A DNA stretch of 64,000 bases from a virus. The translations under genes and the position numbers were made by a program. Shown in pieces: positions 9,480 through 19,694 of the stretch (its first letter is position 1; the number at the start of each line of letters is the position of its first letter). Location of the stretch: positions 32,001 to 96,000 of IMG/VR virus record IMGVR_UViG_3300025018_000102; one strand, 5' to 3'. The notes under the pieces were generated by a model. The model made no database searches and was not told the origin of the DNA. It worked only from the letters and a program-made list of their open reading frames with translations.

Positions 9480-10105
9480 TCTCCCTTCTCCTTAGTTGGC
9501 TCTTTGAGTGCCTTGAGGGGATCCCATCCACGCTTAATGCGCTTGTACACAGTGAACTTGGATACGGGGCACCATTCCTCCTCACTCCATTCAGCCACAG
9601 TCTTGGTCACTCCCTCAATGGTCACATTGATGTTGGACCGCTGGTTCCGGGTCTGCTCGGTTCGAGAGGCCCAACGAACGTTTCCAGGCTCATAGTTACC
9701 ATTGGAGTCAATCCTGTCGATGGTGTCGTCCGGATTAGGCCTCGGGCCCACCATGAGGAAGAAGGCGTCGAAGGAATCACGCCACAGCTGGCACACCTCA
9801 ATACCTCGGGCTCCGTAGTTCGGGTAGTCCTTGCTGTTAGGGTTGTGGCACCGCTGGATCATCGCGGCCCAAGACCGATAGGCAGCGGGCTTCTCGGAGG
9901 GGGTGGAGGACGCACAACTCTTGCACATTCTCGAGCTGCCACTTATGAGATCGTACTTGCGCACGTAGTGCTGAGTCTTGGCCTCACAGGCTGTGCAGAC
10001 GCACAGGTACTTGTCACTGTTGGCATCCGTAGCCACCACCAGCCACGCACCGATCGTATCGCCGATGTTTATCCGGCGAGCTATGATGCCCTTCTGGCTC
10101 ACCAC
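9476..10105 (-). CDS. HNH-family homing endonuclease
   Basis: WAAMIQRCHNPN...YGARGIEVC..W...TIDRIDSNGNYEPGNVRWAS...QTRN. Confidence 0.88.
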   Translation of the reverse strand: MVSQKGIIARRINIGDTIGAWLVVATDANSDKYLCVCTACEAKTQHYVRKYDLISGSSRMCKSCASSTPSEKPAAYRSWAAMIQRCHNPNSKDYPNYGARGIEVCQLWRDSFDAFFLMVGPRPNPDDTIDRIDSNGNYEPGNVRWASRTEQTRNQRSNINVTIEGVTKTVAEWSEEEWCPVSKFTVYKRIKRGWDPLKALKEPTKEKGE

Positions 10106-10326
10106 AGCACTACGCAGGGCTCAGTGTCGTCATCCTCAGGGTCCTCCAGTTCAGACAAGTAATCTTCATAAGAGTCGCCGTAGTACGCTCGCGCGTCCCC
10201 GGTGATCCTACCCGCCTCAACGCCCATGATGTCGGCGTGGTAGTCCGAGTACTTGGCGTACGGGATGTTCACATGAAGATCTTGAGGGAGTTTCTTCAAC
10301 GCTTCGATTAGATCTGCTACCGTCAT
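10099..10326 (-). CDS. hypothetical protein
   Basis: MTVADLIEALKKLPQD, a common N-terminus of small phage proteins. Confidence 0.7.
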   Translation of the reverse strand: MTVADLIEALKKLPQDLHVNIPYAKYSDYHADIMGVEAGRITGDARAYYGDSYEDYLSELEDPEDDDTEPCVVLW

Positions 10327-10327
10327 G

Positions 10328-10603
10328 TCACTTCCCTAGGGCCTTGATGTCCGCGGCGCTAGGAGCAACCACACGGGGCCCGCTTTGGGCAAGCGACATC
10401 ATGGCCTTCTTCGTGCGCTTCATGACCTCCTGCGGCGGCACTTCGATGAGCACCAGTTCCTTCTCTTCCTCGTTTCGCACGAGGTCAAAGTTGTACTTGA
10501 AGAACTCCACAAAGCGCTCGCTCTGCAGTAACTGCTCAAGCAGGTACCCCTTCTCGATGAGGTTGCGTTGGGAATCTAGATCGATTGGATTTTCGTCGCT
10601 CAT
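10328..10603 (-). CDS. hypothetical protein
   Basis: ORF with GAGG RBS, tightly packed between neighbours. Confidence 0.65.
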   Translation of the reverse strand: MSDENPIDLDSQRNLIEKGYLLEQLLQSERFVEFFKYNFDLVRNEEEKELVLIEVPPQEVMKRTKKAMMSLAQSGPRVVAPSAADIKALGK

Positions 10604-10610
10604 TTGTGCC

Positions 10611-11426
10611 TCACATTGCCGGGGGACGGGTGCTCTTGCGGGTCAAGATGTTGCCCGCGACGTCAGCCGCATCCAGCAGGTCCTCTAGTGTCTTGCTGTT
10701 TTGAATGTAGTAGTCGAAGGCATCCTCACTGAAACCCTCCATTTCGGCCTCAGACGCGTGGCCCTCGATGCCCACTTCGGCTTGTGCCCGAAGTTCAGCT
10801 GGCCGGTGAACCCGAATCAGGAAGGCGCCACTGGTCTTGAGCGTCTGAAGTTCGTTCGCAAAGCGTACATCACTAATGACCACGTGGGTAGCAGGGGCTC
10901 CAGGCGCGTAGGTAAGGCCAGTGGTGTGGTGGTAGATGTAGCCTCCCCCCATGAGTCTGGAGGACACCTCCAGAGCACGTGAGAGCCACAGGGACTCTTT
11001 CACGGTCCGGCCCCACTCGGTGCCTAGGGACTGTAGCACAATGCGTGGGGAGATCACTTCCCGGTTCTTGGCGAGGCCCTGTCTCCAGTCCCTCAGTTTA
11101 TCGAGGGCGATGCCCGGCAGAAGTCCTGGTCCTGGAACGAGCGCGTCGACGAATAGTGGGTCATACTTCTGGGCGCGAGACTCAGTGGCCAACCAGGCAT
11201 CACTGGCGTCTAGGGCGTCATTGTAGAAGGCAAACCGAGGATCTGGAGCGTCGCGCATGTGGCTTGGGCCCCATAACTGTTCCTTGGTGAACCCAAAAAC
11301 CTTGTAGGCGTACTGCTTGATTGGGTCAGCAAGGGCGATCTGCTGGAAGCCAAACTGGCTAACTAGTTGCTCTGCAACTGTGTCTTTGCCCGAGCCGGCC
11401 TTGCCGTTGATTCCTACTAGTTTCAT
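10611..11426 (-). CDS. deoxynucleoside monophosphate kinase (T4 gp1-like)
   Basis: Start re-called at 11426: MKLVGINGKAGSGKDT, LADPIK, PRIVLQSLGTEWGR, ISDVRFANE, HASE. Confidence 0.9.
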   Translation of the reverse strand: MKLVGINGKAGSGKDTVAEQLVSQFGFQQIALADPIKQYAYKVFGFTKEQLWGPSHMRDAPDPRFAFYNDALDASDAWLATESRAQKYDPLFVDALVPGPGLLPGIALDKLRDWRQGLAKNREVISPRIVLQSLGTEWGRTVKESLWLSRALEVSSRLMGGGYIYHHTTGLTYAPGAPATHVVISDVRFANELQTLKTSGAFLIRVHRPAELRAQAEVGIEGHASEAEMEGFSEDAFDYYIQNSKTLEDLLDAADVAGNILTRKSTRPPAM

Positions 11427-11791
11427 AATCCGAACTTCTTCATCTCTGATGGGGATAGGAGATAGTTGATGCCGTCGTGCATCCCGTTGGCGAGCCGGGT
11501 AAGTTCGTTGAACTCCTCCTGTAACTCCACAATGCGCTCGCACATGGACTTTAACCACATGGTGTGAGAGTTGGCGTCAGGAGCGTGAAGCGCCACGAGA
11601 AGCCCCACTACGCTCTTTACCTCACTGTGCTTGGTGATCTCCGCAGCAAGGGTGTCCTCAAGAGTGGTGATGACCTGCTGGATCCGCTTCGCCTGCTCGT
11701 AGATCGACTTCCTCAGCACCTTGCCGGAGAAGCCACAGATGAACTCTCCTTTGGAGTAGTCAACAACTGCTGGGGGTACTTCTTTGCTCAC
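11423..11791 (-). CDS. hypothetical coiled-coil protein
   Basis: 4-nt overlaps with both neighbours. Confidence 0.7.
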   Translation of the reverse strand: MSKEVPPAVVDYSKGEFICGFSGKVLRKSIYEQAKRIQQVITTLEDTLAAEITKHSEVKSVVGLLVALHAPDANSHTMWLKSMCERIVELQEEFNELTRLANGMHDGINYLLSPSEMKKFGL

Positions 11792-13692
11792 GGGGTGACC
11801 CTCTCCAGCCGGCTAACACCGTCCTTCTTCACAACGAGAAGGTGCTTGTTGAAGAGCTGCTGAAACGATTGCTTGTGAGTGATGCAGTACACGGTGCTGT
11901 AGTCCTCTTGGTTCTGTAGGAGGGAGAGTATCGCCTCATTGCCCTCTTCGTCAATGTTTTCGAAGGGTTCGTCCAGGAACCTAAAGGGAACCTTCTTCTG
12001 AGCCCGCTTCTGGGCGAGATCCCCAAGGGCGAATGCAATGATGATGTCGATTCGGGCCTTTTCGCCCGTGGACGAGCCCTTGTAGGAACTGGCGCCGTTC
12101 TTAGTGGCCACTTGAATAGAGAACTCTTCGCGCGCTTCCCCGCTCTTGAGCACCTTCTCAGTGTTGAAGGTCACTGTGATCTCCCCACCAGTAATGATCT
12201 GGGAGTATTTGGCCGCCGCCGCATTGAGCACGGGAGCCACACTCTTGAGCATGTGGTTCCGTAGACCCTTGGCGGAGAATCCGTCCACCCAGAACTCGTA
12301 CTGCTCAACCTCGGCCTGTTTCAGCTCCAACTGCTTCTGAAGGTCCAGCTGGCGCTTAGTTAGTTCGCCAAGTTCAAAGGTGACCTCGGACAGGAGGGAA
12401 TGATAGGGAGAAACGTACTTTTCATGAGCCTGTGAGTCTTTCCGTATCTGAGCCAACTGGGCAGTGTACGTTTGGATTAACCTCTGAGCCGCTTCCCCAG
12501 CCCTTTTGCGGGCCTCTAGACTCTCTCGAACGCTCTGTAGGGCATCGTTCACTTCTCCCTTTTCTCGTGCCTCTTGCTTCAGGGTGTCGAGGAGCTGGAG
12601 CGACTTGTCCTTCCAGTCATCGAACTCGCGGAGGTTCCTGGCCGCCTCGCCCGCTAGATAGGCCTTCTGAGCTTCTAGTTTGGCCATCACCTCTTCACGC
12701 TTGGACAGCGGGATCTCTTGGCCGCAGTGAGAGCAGTGGCTCTCAAAGTTGTTGATGCTGGACTCGACTCGGGCTCGATCCTTGTCCGCTGAATACACTG
12801 CGTTGTTGTAGGTGCCCTTGTTGATCTCGTGAAGAGTAGCAGCGTCGCGCACTGCCTTTAGCGAGAGAACATGGGCCTCGGAGGCTTCCTTGAACTGGTC
12901 CATTGAGTCCAGCAGCTCTCTGTTGGCGCTTTCGCCGGCATCCCGTACTGCGGTCTCTTTCATGAGGAGCGACTCCGTGCTCGCTAGGCGCTCTTCTAAC
13001 TCCTCCCGCCTCGCCTCGGCCTCCTCGTGCTCATTGGCGATCTTCTCCTGGTAGCCCTCCTTCTTGGCCTCAGCTACCTCAATCTTCTCAGACAAGGTGC
13101 CAAGTTCGGCGGCCAGTTGGAGGCACTTGTGGTTGAGTTCCTTGGCCTTGTCCTTTGCTAGGCCGTGAGCGGTGGCCATGGCCTCGGTGCGCAGGAGCTT
13201 CTCGAGCAAGGACTTGATCTTGCTATCGGTCAACTCAGCAGCCTTGAGACCTGCTCCGGGCATCATGCACTGGAAGGTAGGAAAGTCGAGCCCGAGAAGT
13301 TGGTCGATGAGCGCCTGGGTGGCGTCCATGCTGGCACCTGACACGTCCTCTCCGTTCTTTGTGAGCGTGAGGTCGTTGGGCTTATCTGTGTAGTCGCACT
13401 TTCGATAGCGGTCGATTTGATAGTCGGCGCCGTCGAGGTGCAGTTTGACTTCCACGTGACAGTTCTTTCCGACAGTCTCGTTGACGACCTCATCATGCTT
13501 CTGGTTGCGCACCGTAGTGCCCCAGACTCCCCAAGTGAGCACGTCCAGCAGACTGGTCTTGCCGGCCCCGTTGCTGCCAGCGTGTTCTGCATCCTCGTTG
13601 CGTCCCAAGATAAGCGTCAGGCCCTGGTTCTCCAGGGGTAGAGTGACGTTCTTGAAGCGCATGAAGTTCTGTGCGCTTGCTTCCTTGAACAT
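11788..13692 (-). CDS. sbcC: SbcC/Rad50-like recombination ATPase
   Basis: Walker A GSNGAGKT; coiled coils; zinc hook CSHC; signature STGEK; Walker B FLDEPF; ITH. Confidence 0.95.
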   Translation of the reverse strand: MFKEASAQNFMRFKNVTLPLENQGLTLILGRNEDAEHAGSNGAGKTSLLDVLTWGVWGTTVRNQKHDEVVNETVGKNCHVEVKLHLDGADYQIDRYRKCDYTDKPNDLTLTKNGEDVSGASMDATQALIDQLLGLDFPTFQCMMPGAGLKAAELTDSKIKSLLEKLLRTEAMATAHGLAKDKAKELNHKCLQLAAELGTLSEKIEVAEAKKEGYQEKIANEHEEAEARREELEERLASTESLLMKETAVRDAGESANRELLDSMDQFKEASEAHVLSLKAVRDAATLHEINKGTYNNAVYSADKDRARVESSINNFESHCSHCGQEIPLSKREEVMAKLEAQKAYLAGEAARNLREFDDWKDKSLQLLDTLKQEAREKGEVNDALQSVRESLEARKRAGEAAQRLIQTYTAQLAQIRKDSQAHEKYVSPYHSLLSEVTFELGELTKRQLDLQKQLELKQAEVEQYEFWVDGFSAKGLRNHMLKSVAPVLNAAAAKYSQIITGGEITVTFNTEKVLKSGEAREEFSIQVATKNGASSYKGSSTGEKARIDIIIAFALGDLAQKRAQKKVPFRFLDEPFENIDEEGNEAILSLLQNQEDYSTVYCITHKQSFQQLFNKHLLVVKKDGVSRLERVTP

Positions 13693-13693
13693 A

Positions 13694-13906
13694 CTACTCC
13701 TCAGGTTCTTCTGCGGCAGTTACAACAATGACTGCCTTTACTACGTAGTTACCCTTGGGAAGTGTGATGGAGTTCTTGACCTCAAGGAAATCAACGAGGC
13801 TAGCAGCAGCTACTTGTACCGCATTTGTTTCCTCGTGGGCGCTCACTACCGTGTCTACGGTGAATGAGAGTACGGACTGGTCAGCAGTGATGTGGACGTT
13901 CTTCAT
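13694..13906 (-). CDS. hypothetical protein
   Basis: Packed between sbcD and sbcC. Confidence 0.6.
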   Translation of the reverse strand: MKNVHITADQSVLSFTVDTVVSAHEETNAVQVAAASLVDFLEVKNSITLPKGNYVVKAVIVVTAAEEPEE

Positions 13907-14970
13907 AGTAACTTCGATTCTGCCTCAGATAGTAAGGCTTTTCCTAGGGCGATAAGAGGGTCTGGATTGGTACTCCGGAGAGTGGCCCATGCTTCAATGG
14001 CCGCCACTGCGTCCAGATCTGTGTCGCTTAGGTGGGGCATTGCTTGCTCAGCCACGGTCACGTTCTCTGCTCCGATAGCCTCAAGGGCCTGGGGCATGGT
14101 CTCGTCATCTTTACCGCTCCAGCGAACAAAGTCAATGGGGCGAACATGCGACGAGTCCTCATCTCCCTTGAGACGAACGAACCGTGGGGCATTGGTCTCA
14201 ATGAACTCAAACGTCGGCGCTTCACCCTCGGGGATCTTGAAGTGCAAGAATCCTCGTTTGGTGTTGGCGTCCCCCCAGTTGTGCTGGTGAGAGGCACCAA
14301 TGTAGTACCCTTGGGGGAACAACTTCTGGTGCTGATGGAAGTGCCCAAAGAGGCATAGGTCAAAGTTGTCTCGAGTCACGTCCTTGACTTGGATGTCCCC
14401 ATCACTCACCAGAACGTAGTCGCTACCTACTCGAGCCCCCTGCATGCCCAGGTGAGCTAGAAGCACCGTGGCGGGAGTAGCACACTCCGAGGCCAGTGTA
14501 GCTGCAGCGCTGAGTCGATCCTTAGCGCTCTCCAGAGAATCTGTGTAGGGAACTGACACCACGCTCAGTTGGCCTCCAGCCGTGTGCTGAACGGCCACTG
14601 TATCCATCACCGTGGCTACCTCCCGCAGCGAGTCTAAGGAGTGGATGTGGCCTTGCCGGTCCGCGAAGTCATGGTTGCCGGGAATCATGATGAGATGGAT
14701 TCCCGAGTCCTTGAACCGGCGCAAGGCACTGAAGGTAATGTTCCACACATCTGTGTGCACTACCGTGCGCTTGTGGAACAGGTCGCCCCCAAAGAGCACC
14801 GTGAAGATCTTGTTCCGTACACAGTACGTGTGGATCTCATCGAGCACTGCGGCCGAGTCCAGTAGGCGGCTGTTGTAGAAGCCTCCGGACTTGTATGGGA
14901 CCTTCTTGGCACCAAAGCGGAAGTTGTGCGCGTGATGGTCCGAGAAGGCGACGAACTCACACATTCTCAA
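13903..14970 (-). CDS. sbcD: SbcD/Mre11-like nuclease
   Basis: SDHH, GGDLFH, GNHD, GHFH; adjacent to sbcC. Confidence 0.93.
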   Translation of the reverse strand: MRMCEFVAFSDHHAHNFRFGAKKVPYKSGGFYNSRLLDSAAVLDEIHTYCVRNKIFTVLFGGDLFHKRTVVHTDVWNITFSALRRFKDSGIHLIMIPGNHDFADRQGHIHSLDSLREVATVMDTVAVQHTAGGQLSVVSVPYTDSLESAKDRLSAAATLASECATPATVLLAHLGMQGARVGSDYVLVSDGDIQVKDVTRDNFDLCLFGHFHQHQKLFPQGYYIGASHQHNWGDANTKRGFLHFKIPEGEAPTFEFIETNAPRFVRLKGDEDSSHVRPIDFVRWSGKDDETMPQALEAIGAENVTVAEQAMPHLSDTDLDAVAAIEAWATLRSTNPDPLIALGKALLSEAESKLL

Positions 14971-16009
14971 GAGCCTTCAGCATGCGCTCTTTGGCTAGAT
15001 CCTTGATCTTGGCGTGCTTGATCAATTCCACCTGAAGCCCATTGAGCACGTTGTCCGAGATGGCGGCGTAGGAGTTCTCCTTGCCCACGCCGAGTTTCTC
15101 GCCGTCGAACAAGTAGGTTTTGCCCTCAATATCGATGTAGCCGGCATCCAGAGCCATGTCGAAGATCTCACGCTTGCGATCGATGCCACACCCATACTCG
15201 TTGTTGGAGTACATGTTGAACTCAATCTGGTGCTTGGCAGTGCCCGCCAGTTTGTTCTTCACGATCTGCAGCCTCTTTCGGCCACCGATCACTTCGCCCG
15301 AGATTGGGTCGTTGAGGTCAGCAGCCTTACCGCCTGCAGGGGATACCCGGAGCCGCAGCGAGGCGTAGAAAGCAAGAGCGTTGCCACCAGATGTCGTCTC
15401 CGGGCTCCCAAACATGACTCCCACCTTCTCTCGGATCTGGTTGAGGAAGATGGCGGTGGTTCCTGACTCGGCAAACTTCCCGCTCAGCTTCCGCATCGCC
15501 TGCCCCATGAGTCGGGCCTGAAGACCCACGTGTGAGTCGCCCATGTCGCCCTCGACCTCCTTCGAGGGCACCAGAGCTGCCACGGAGTCCAGCACAACCA
15601 GGGCGTACGCGTTGGAGTCAGATAGGATCTCGAGCGTGTCCAGGGCCTCCTCGCCATTGGCGGGGCGGGTGTAGTCCATCATACTGAGATCCACTCCAAT
15701 AGCCTCGGCATAGTCGAGGTCAAGAGCCTTCTCAGCGTCGATGAAAGCGCAACGGTGGCCCATCTTCTGTGCTTCGGCGATTGCATGCAGGGTGAGGCTC
15801 GTTTTGCCAGAGGCGTTGGGGCCGTAGATCTCGATGATTCGGCCTCGGGCGTAACCACCCACACCTGTCTTGATGTCCAGTTGGATTGTGCCAGTTGGGA
15901 TCACGTCGATCTTTGGCTCAACAAACTCATTCGCCTGAGTTAGAGTGTTGCCGTACTTCTTCTTGATTGCTGCCATTGCCGCGTCGCGGCCATCTTTAGT
16001 CGTTTTCAT
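14957..16009 (-). CDS. recA: RecA recombinase
   Basis: GRIIEIYGPNASGKT, FIDAE, LDSVAALVP, GLQARLMGQAMRK, NQIREKVGVMFGSPETTSGG. Confidence 0.98.
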   Translation of the reverse strand: MKTTKDGRDAAMAAIKKKYGNTLTQANEFVEPKIDVIPTGTIQLDIKTGVGGYARGRIIEIYGPNASGKTSLTLHAIAEAQKMGHRCAFIDAEKALDLDYAEAIGVDLSMMDYTRPANGEEALDTLEILSDSNAYALVVLDSVAALVPSKEVEGDMGDSHVGLQARLMGQAMRKLSGKFAESGTTAIFLNQIREKVGVMFGSPETTSGGNALAFYASLRLRVSPAGGKAADLNDPISGEVIGGRKRLQIVKNKLAGTAKHQIEFNMYSNNEYGCGIDRKREIFDMALDAGYIDIEGKTYLFDGEKLGVGKENSYAAISDNVLNGLQVELIKHAKIKDLAKERMLKALENV

Positions 16010-16021
16010 TTCATATCCTCA

Positions 16022-16074
16022 GAAGAAAATAGGACAGGGCCTGAGTACGTCAGTGCACTCAAACCCTGCCCTAT
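16022..16074 (-). terminator. long hairpin plus U-tract after ssb
   Basis: Sense ATAGGGCAGGGTTTGAGTGC-ACTGAC-GTACTCAGGCCCTGTCCTAT-TTTCTT: a 20-bp stem including G-U pairs. Confidence 0.7.
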
Positions 16075-16110
16075 CCGCCCCCTGGCTCCCGTAACCAAGG
16101 GGCTACGGTG

Positions 16111-16968
16111 TTAGGCAGACTGCTCTGCAGCAGCCTTCATCATGGCTCGGAGATCTTCGGAGGGAACCGAGTTCTCTGCGCCCGAGGTAAGCTCAGCAGC
16201 CGCCTTAGGGGCTGGGAGAGCGCCCACTAGGTAGTCACCCATCTTGCCTTTGGACAGGGCGTCCAGCATGTCGTCATCGTCCAAGGTGAACCCAACTTGG
16301 CTGAGGTCGACTAGTTTGTAGTTGCCTCCAACCGGAGAAGGCTTGATCTTTGTGATCACGGAGTAGCTGGTCCCGAACTGGCCGGAGCCTGTCTTCTTGA
16401 TGGTGATGTCATGGCCCTCCTTAGGGTCCGTGATATCCAACTTGTCGGAGGTCATGGCGGCCATGACGCCCTGGAAGACGGTGAAGTTCGCAGGGAAAAC
16501 CTGCACCTTCATGTCGCCCACTGCAGGAAGATCCTCGTCGCCCTCACCCTTGGTCATCGCAGCGATGTCGGCTGCAGTGTACTCAGGGTCAGCTCGATCG
16601 ATAATGCTGAACAGGTATGCCGACTTGGCACGGTGGTCCTTCGCAAGCTGCTGAGCAGTTGCGTCGGTCTTGTCCTTGCGAAGGTCGTTCACAAGGTCAC
16701 AGGCGGCACACTTTCCATTGAGGTAAGGAGTCTTTTCCTTACACAGGACAGGTGCCTTAGAGTCCGACGATAGCCCCCAGTGCTGAGCGACTTCTCGGAA
16801 GAAGACGTCCGCGTGGTCACCTTCATTCGTCCACGGTGGGAGAACTCGGATGATGTTGGAGCCAGATTTAGGGTTCCAGAACTTGATTGCTGGACCGCGT
16901 GGCGTAAAGTCCGCACGCTCTTCAAGTTCCTTAGCCTTGTTATTGATTTTTTCCCAGTCGATTGCCAT
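16111..16968 (-). CDS. ssb: single-stranded DNA-binding protein (gp32-like)
   Basis: IRVLPP, H/C..C..C zinc ligands, DITDPKEGHDITIKKTG...Y; lies between polymerase and recA. Confidence 0.8.
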   Translation of the reverse strand: MAIDWEKINNKAKELEERADFTPRGPAIKFWNPKSGSNIIRVLPPWTNEGDHADVFFREVAQHWGLSSDSKAPVLCKEKTPYLNGKCAACDLVNDLRKDKTDATAQQLAKDHRAKSAYLFSIIDRADPEYTAADIAAMTKGEGDEDLPAVGDMKVQVFPANFTVFQGVMAAMTSDKLDITDPKEGHDITIKKTGSGQFGTSYSVITKIKPSPVGGNYKLVDLSQVGFTLDDDDMLDALSKGKMGDYLVGALPAPKAAAELTSGAENSVPSEDLRAMMKAAAEQSA

Positions 16969-16989
16969 GTTGTTTCTCTCGTTACTTTC

Positions 16990-17448
16990 TTATACGTTCT
17001 TCATGTAGGGTTCACTGGCCAGTTCAGCTCGGATGTTAGCTCCGAGACTGATCAAGCAGTCTTTCTTGGCCATCATCGCGTCACGAGTAGCCTTCATCAG
17101 TTTGGTCTGCAGGCATGCGTCGAAGTAGAGACTTTGCTTCTTTACATATTCGGCGGATGTGATAACCATGTTTTCGACCTTCTTCTCGGTCACCTTGACC
17201 TTGGCGTTCTCCATCTCGCTCCGAGAAGCAACGTCAAGCACAGCGTAAAGCCGCTCTAGTTCGGACTTAAGCCGTGTTTCGTAATCGAGACAAAGTTCGT
17301 AGGAGGTGGCATACACGTTGAATGCTTGTGCGTGCCGTTCGAACTCTCCGGACAGGTCGGAGCGGTCAATGCTCAGGTCCTCTTGGGCCGTGGAGGTCAC
17401 GGAGACTCCAGCGACGCTAAACTCGGATGGTAGGATTTCTGTACTCAT
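16990..17448 (-). CDS. UvsY-like recombination mediator
   Basis: All-helical, about 150 aa, KVTEKKVENMV...LGANIRAE; positioned next to ssb and recA. Confidence 0.6.
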   Translation of the reverse strand: MSTEILPSEFSVAGVSVTSTAQEDLSIDRSDLSGEFERHAQAFNVYATSYELCLDYETRLKSELERLYAVLDVASRSEMENAKVKVTEKKVENMVITSAEYVKKQSLYFDACLQTKLMKATRDAMMAKKDCLISLGANIRAELASEPYMKNV

Positions 17449-19694
17449 AGTTTCAGTTCTGCCTTATCGGCCCAGGTGGTAGTAGAGTACTCTATGTCTG
17501 TGACAATGGGTACGTGGTAGTGAGGGAAGTCTTCCATGATGCGCTTGATATCCCCAAGAATGTGGATTTCAGACTTGTGCAGGAAGAGTTGGATTTCGTC
17601 GTGAACGAAGTTGACGATGTGTGACTTGTAGGGCCTTAGGAACTCGTGGATTCGAACCACTGCGTGCTTGAACAGGTCGGCCGCTTCGCCCTGAATGAGG
17701 CTGTTGGTGGCTTGGCGCTCGGCCTTGCCTTCCATCCATCGGAGGGTACGGTCGCCTGTGATCCGCGTTGCGTGGATGGCGGGAAGGTGCCTGATGCGGC
17801 CGTACTCGTTGGTGACTTGAGCGTACTGCCGAACGTGTCGGGTAGCTTCTCTTACAAACTTACGGACGCCGCCGTACTTGTCAAGGTATGAATCTATGTA
17901 GCCGGAGCATTTGTTGACCCAGCCCTTGTCGTCGAGGTGCAGGCAGTCAGCCGGACGTGGGCTGATCTGGCTGGCAAGGCCCTTGGGGCCCGATCCGTAG
18001 ATGATGGAGAAACTGACGATCTTAGAGATATCGTTGCGTCGGCTAGTACGGAGAGCGAACTCTGCGTACTCAGGATGGGCCTTCATGGCGTTCTTGTCGC
18101 CTGAACTCTTGACCCGGTCGAATAGTTCCACAGTATCCTGGTAGTCGTAGCCAAACATCTCACACATCGTGCGTGTGTGAACGTCCTGGTTCTTCTCGTA
18201 TGCCTCTAGCAGGATAGGATCCTGCGAGTAGTGAGCGGTTAGCCTAATCTCGATTTGAGAGTAGTCCATGAACACGTAGACCCAGTCGTCCCCCTTGTTG
18301 AGGAAGGCCTTGCGGATCGACGTGTCTTTCCGGGGGATGTTCTGCAGGTTTGGGTTTGAGCAGGCCATGCGGCCTGTGGCAACATTCTGCCTGAAGTTGC
18401 AGTGGAGGATACCATCTTCGCTCACCCTGTCAATGATGCCCGTGCAGTACGTGTCGCGAATCTTCTTCTTAGCTCGAATCGTGAGGAGATCCTTGACGAC
18501 GGGGTAGTCCTCGCTGAGCGCCTCTAGTACCTTGGAGTCAAGGACCCAGTTGCCTGCGTCGCTCTTCTTGTCAAGGATGATGCCCTTGTTCAGGAAGGCT
18601 TCTGCGAGTTGCTTGTTGCTCCCTAGATTCAACTCGGGATCTCCGAGGGCTTCCTGGACTGCTTTGGTAAGTTCCTCAATCTCGGTGTCCAGCGCCTCCC
18701 GGTGGCTCTTTAGATACTCTACATCTACGGGCGTACCGGCGGCCTCCACATCCATGAGCACCTTGAGCAGCCGCATCTCATTGATGTAGAGCTTCACCTG
18801 CTTCTCAGTCATCTTCAGGTGAGTTAGAAGATGCTCGTACACTGCCATGGTTAGGTAGGTATCGAGACACGCATACTGCGACATGAGCGCCACTGGGATG
18901 TAGGAGTAATCTACGTTCTCTTTGGAGTTCTTTGCGTACCGATGGTTGATGACGAGGTCGTCGTTCTCCTTGAGCCAGTTCTTGATCATCGGCTTGGTCA
19001 TGCTCTGGAACTGAGGCTCATGGGACATGAGATTGGCACGCTCCTTGATGTATGCGTTCCACTCTTTGCGCCAGGCTCGAGCCTCACCCATTCTCCACTC
19101 TGATATGATTTTAGAGTCCTCGTTGGCCCAAGCGCCTACGACGCCCTTGTGCTTAACTCGCATGAGGTCCACCCATCCAGAGGCGATGGACTTCAGGGCA
19201 GCTGGGGCATTCTCGTCAAAGAACTGCCACAGCACCAATGTGTCCTGGATTGGATTCTTGATATTGAATCCATCCATTCGGAACATATGCCCATCGAACT
19301 TGTAGTTGTGGAAGATGAGCATGATCTTCGAGGAGAAGAACATATCCAAATCCGCTCGGATGACCTCCAGGTCGAGTTGAACTGGGGCCACGCCTCCAGT
19401 GATGGAGTCCTTGTGCCTAATGGGCACGTAGAAGTGAGTGTTGCCCCACCCGAGAGCGATACCGCAGATACGGTGGCCTGAGTGCCAGTCAAGTCCGTCG
19501 GTCTCCGTGTCAACCGCAACCACAGGCTGCTTCATCATCTCCTCGAACATCGCATCCCACTCAGGCTTGGTGGTGATGACGCGAAGTTCTATTCCGCGGT
19601 TGAGCCACGTAGTGAACTTGGTCTCGTTGAACAAGGTCTCCAGGCCCTTGGCCTGTGGGTAAGTCTTTAACAACTCAATGGGGCACTCAATCAT
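17445..19694 (-). CDS. polA: DNA polymerase family A with 3'-5' exonuclease
   Basis: ExoI VDTETDG; ExoII HNYKFD; TGRMACSNPNLQNIP; motif A DYSQIEIR; motif B KIVSFSIIYG; motif C VHDE. Confidence 0.97.
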   Translation of the reverse strand: MIECPIELLKTYPQAKGLETLFNETKFTTWLNRGIELRVITTKPEWDAMFEEMMKQPVVAVDTETDGLDWHSGHRICGIALGWGNTHFYVPIRHKDSITGGVAPVQLDLEVIRADLDMFFSSKIMLIFHNYKFDGHMFRMDGFNIKNPIQDTLVLWQFFDENAPAALKSIASGWVDLMRVKHKGVVGAWANEDSKIISEWRMGEARAWRKEWNAYIKERANLMSHEPQFQSMTKPMIKNWLKENDDLVINHRYAKNSKENVDYSYIPVALMSQYACLDTYLTMAVYEHLLTHLKMTEKQVKLYINEMRLLKVLMDVEAAGTPVDVEYLKSHREALDTEIEELTKAVQEALGDPELNLGSNKQLAEAFLNKGIILDKKSDAGNWVLDSKVLEALSEDYPVVKDLLTIRAKKKIRDTYCTGIIDRVSEDGILHCNFRQNVATGRMACSNPNLQNIPRKDTSIRKAFLNKGDDWVYVFMDYSQIEIRLTAHYSQDPILLEAYEKNQDVHTRTMCEMFGYDYQDTVELFDRVKSSGDKNAMKAHPEYAEFALRTSRRNDISKIVSFSIIYGSGPKGLASQISPRPADCLHLDDKGWVNKCSGYIDSYLDKYGGVRKFVREATRHVRQYAQVTNEYGRIRHLPAIHATRITGDRTLRWMEGKAERQATNSLIQGEAADLFKHAVVRIHEFLRPYKSHIVNFVHDEIQLFLHKSEIHILGDIKRIMEDFPHYHVPIVTDIEYSTTTWADKAELKL

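Noticed and set aside
17445-19694. Polymerase specialised for modified bases
   Set aside because: Motifs A, B (Phe at the 762-equivalent position) and C are essentially standard, and no base-synthesis genes such as purZ or queuosine-pathway genes are in the window.
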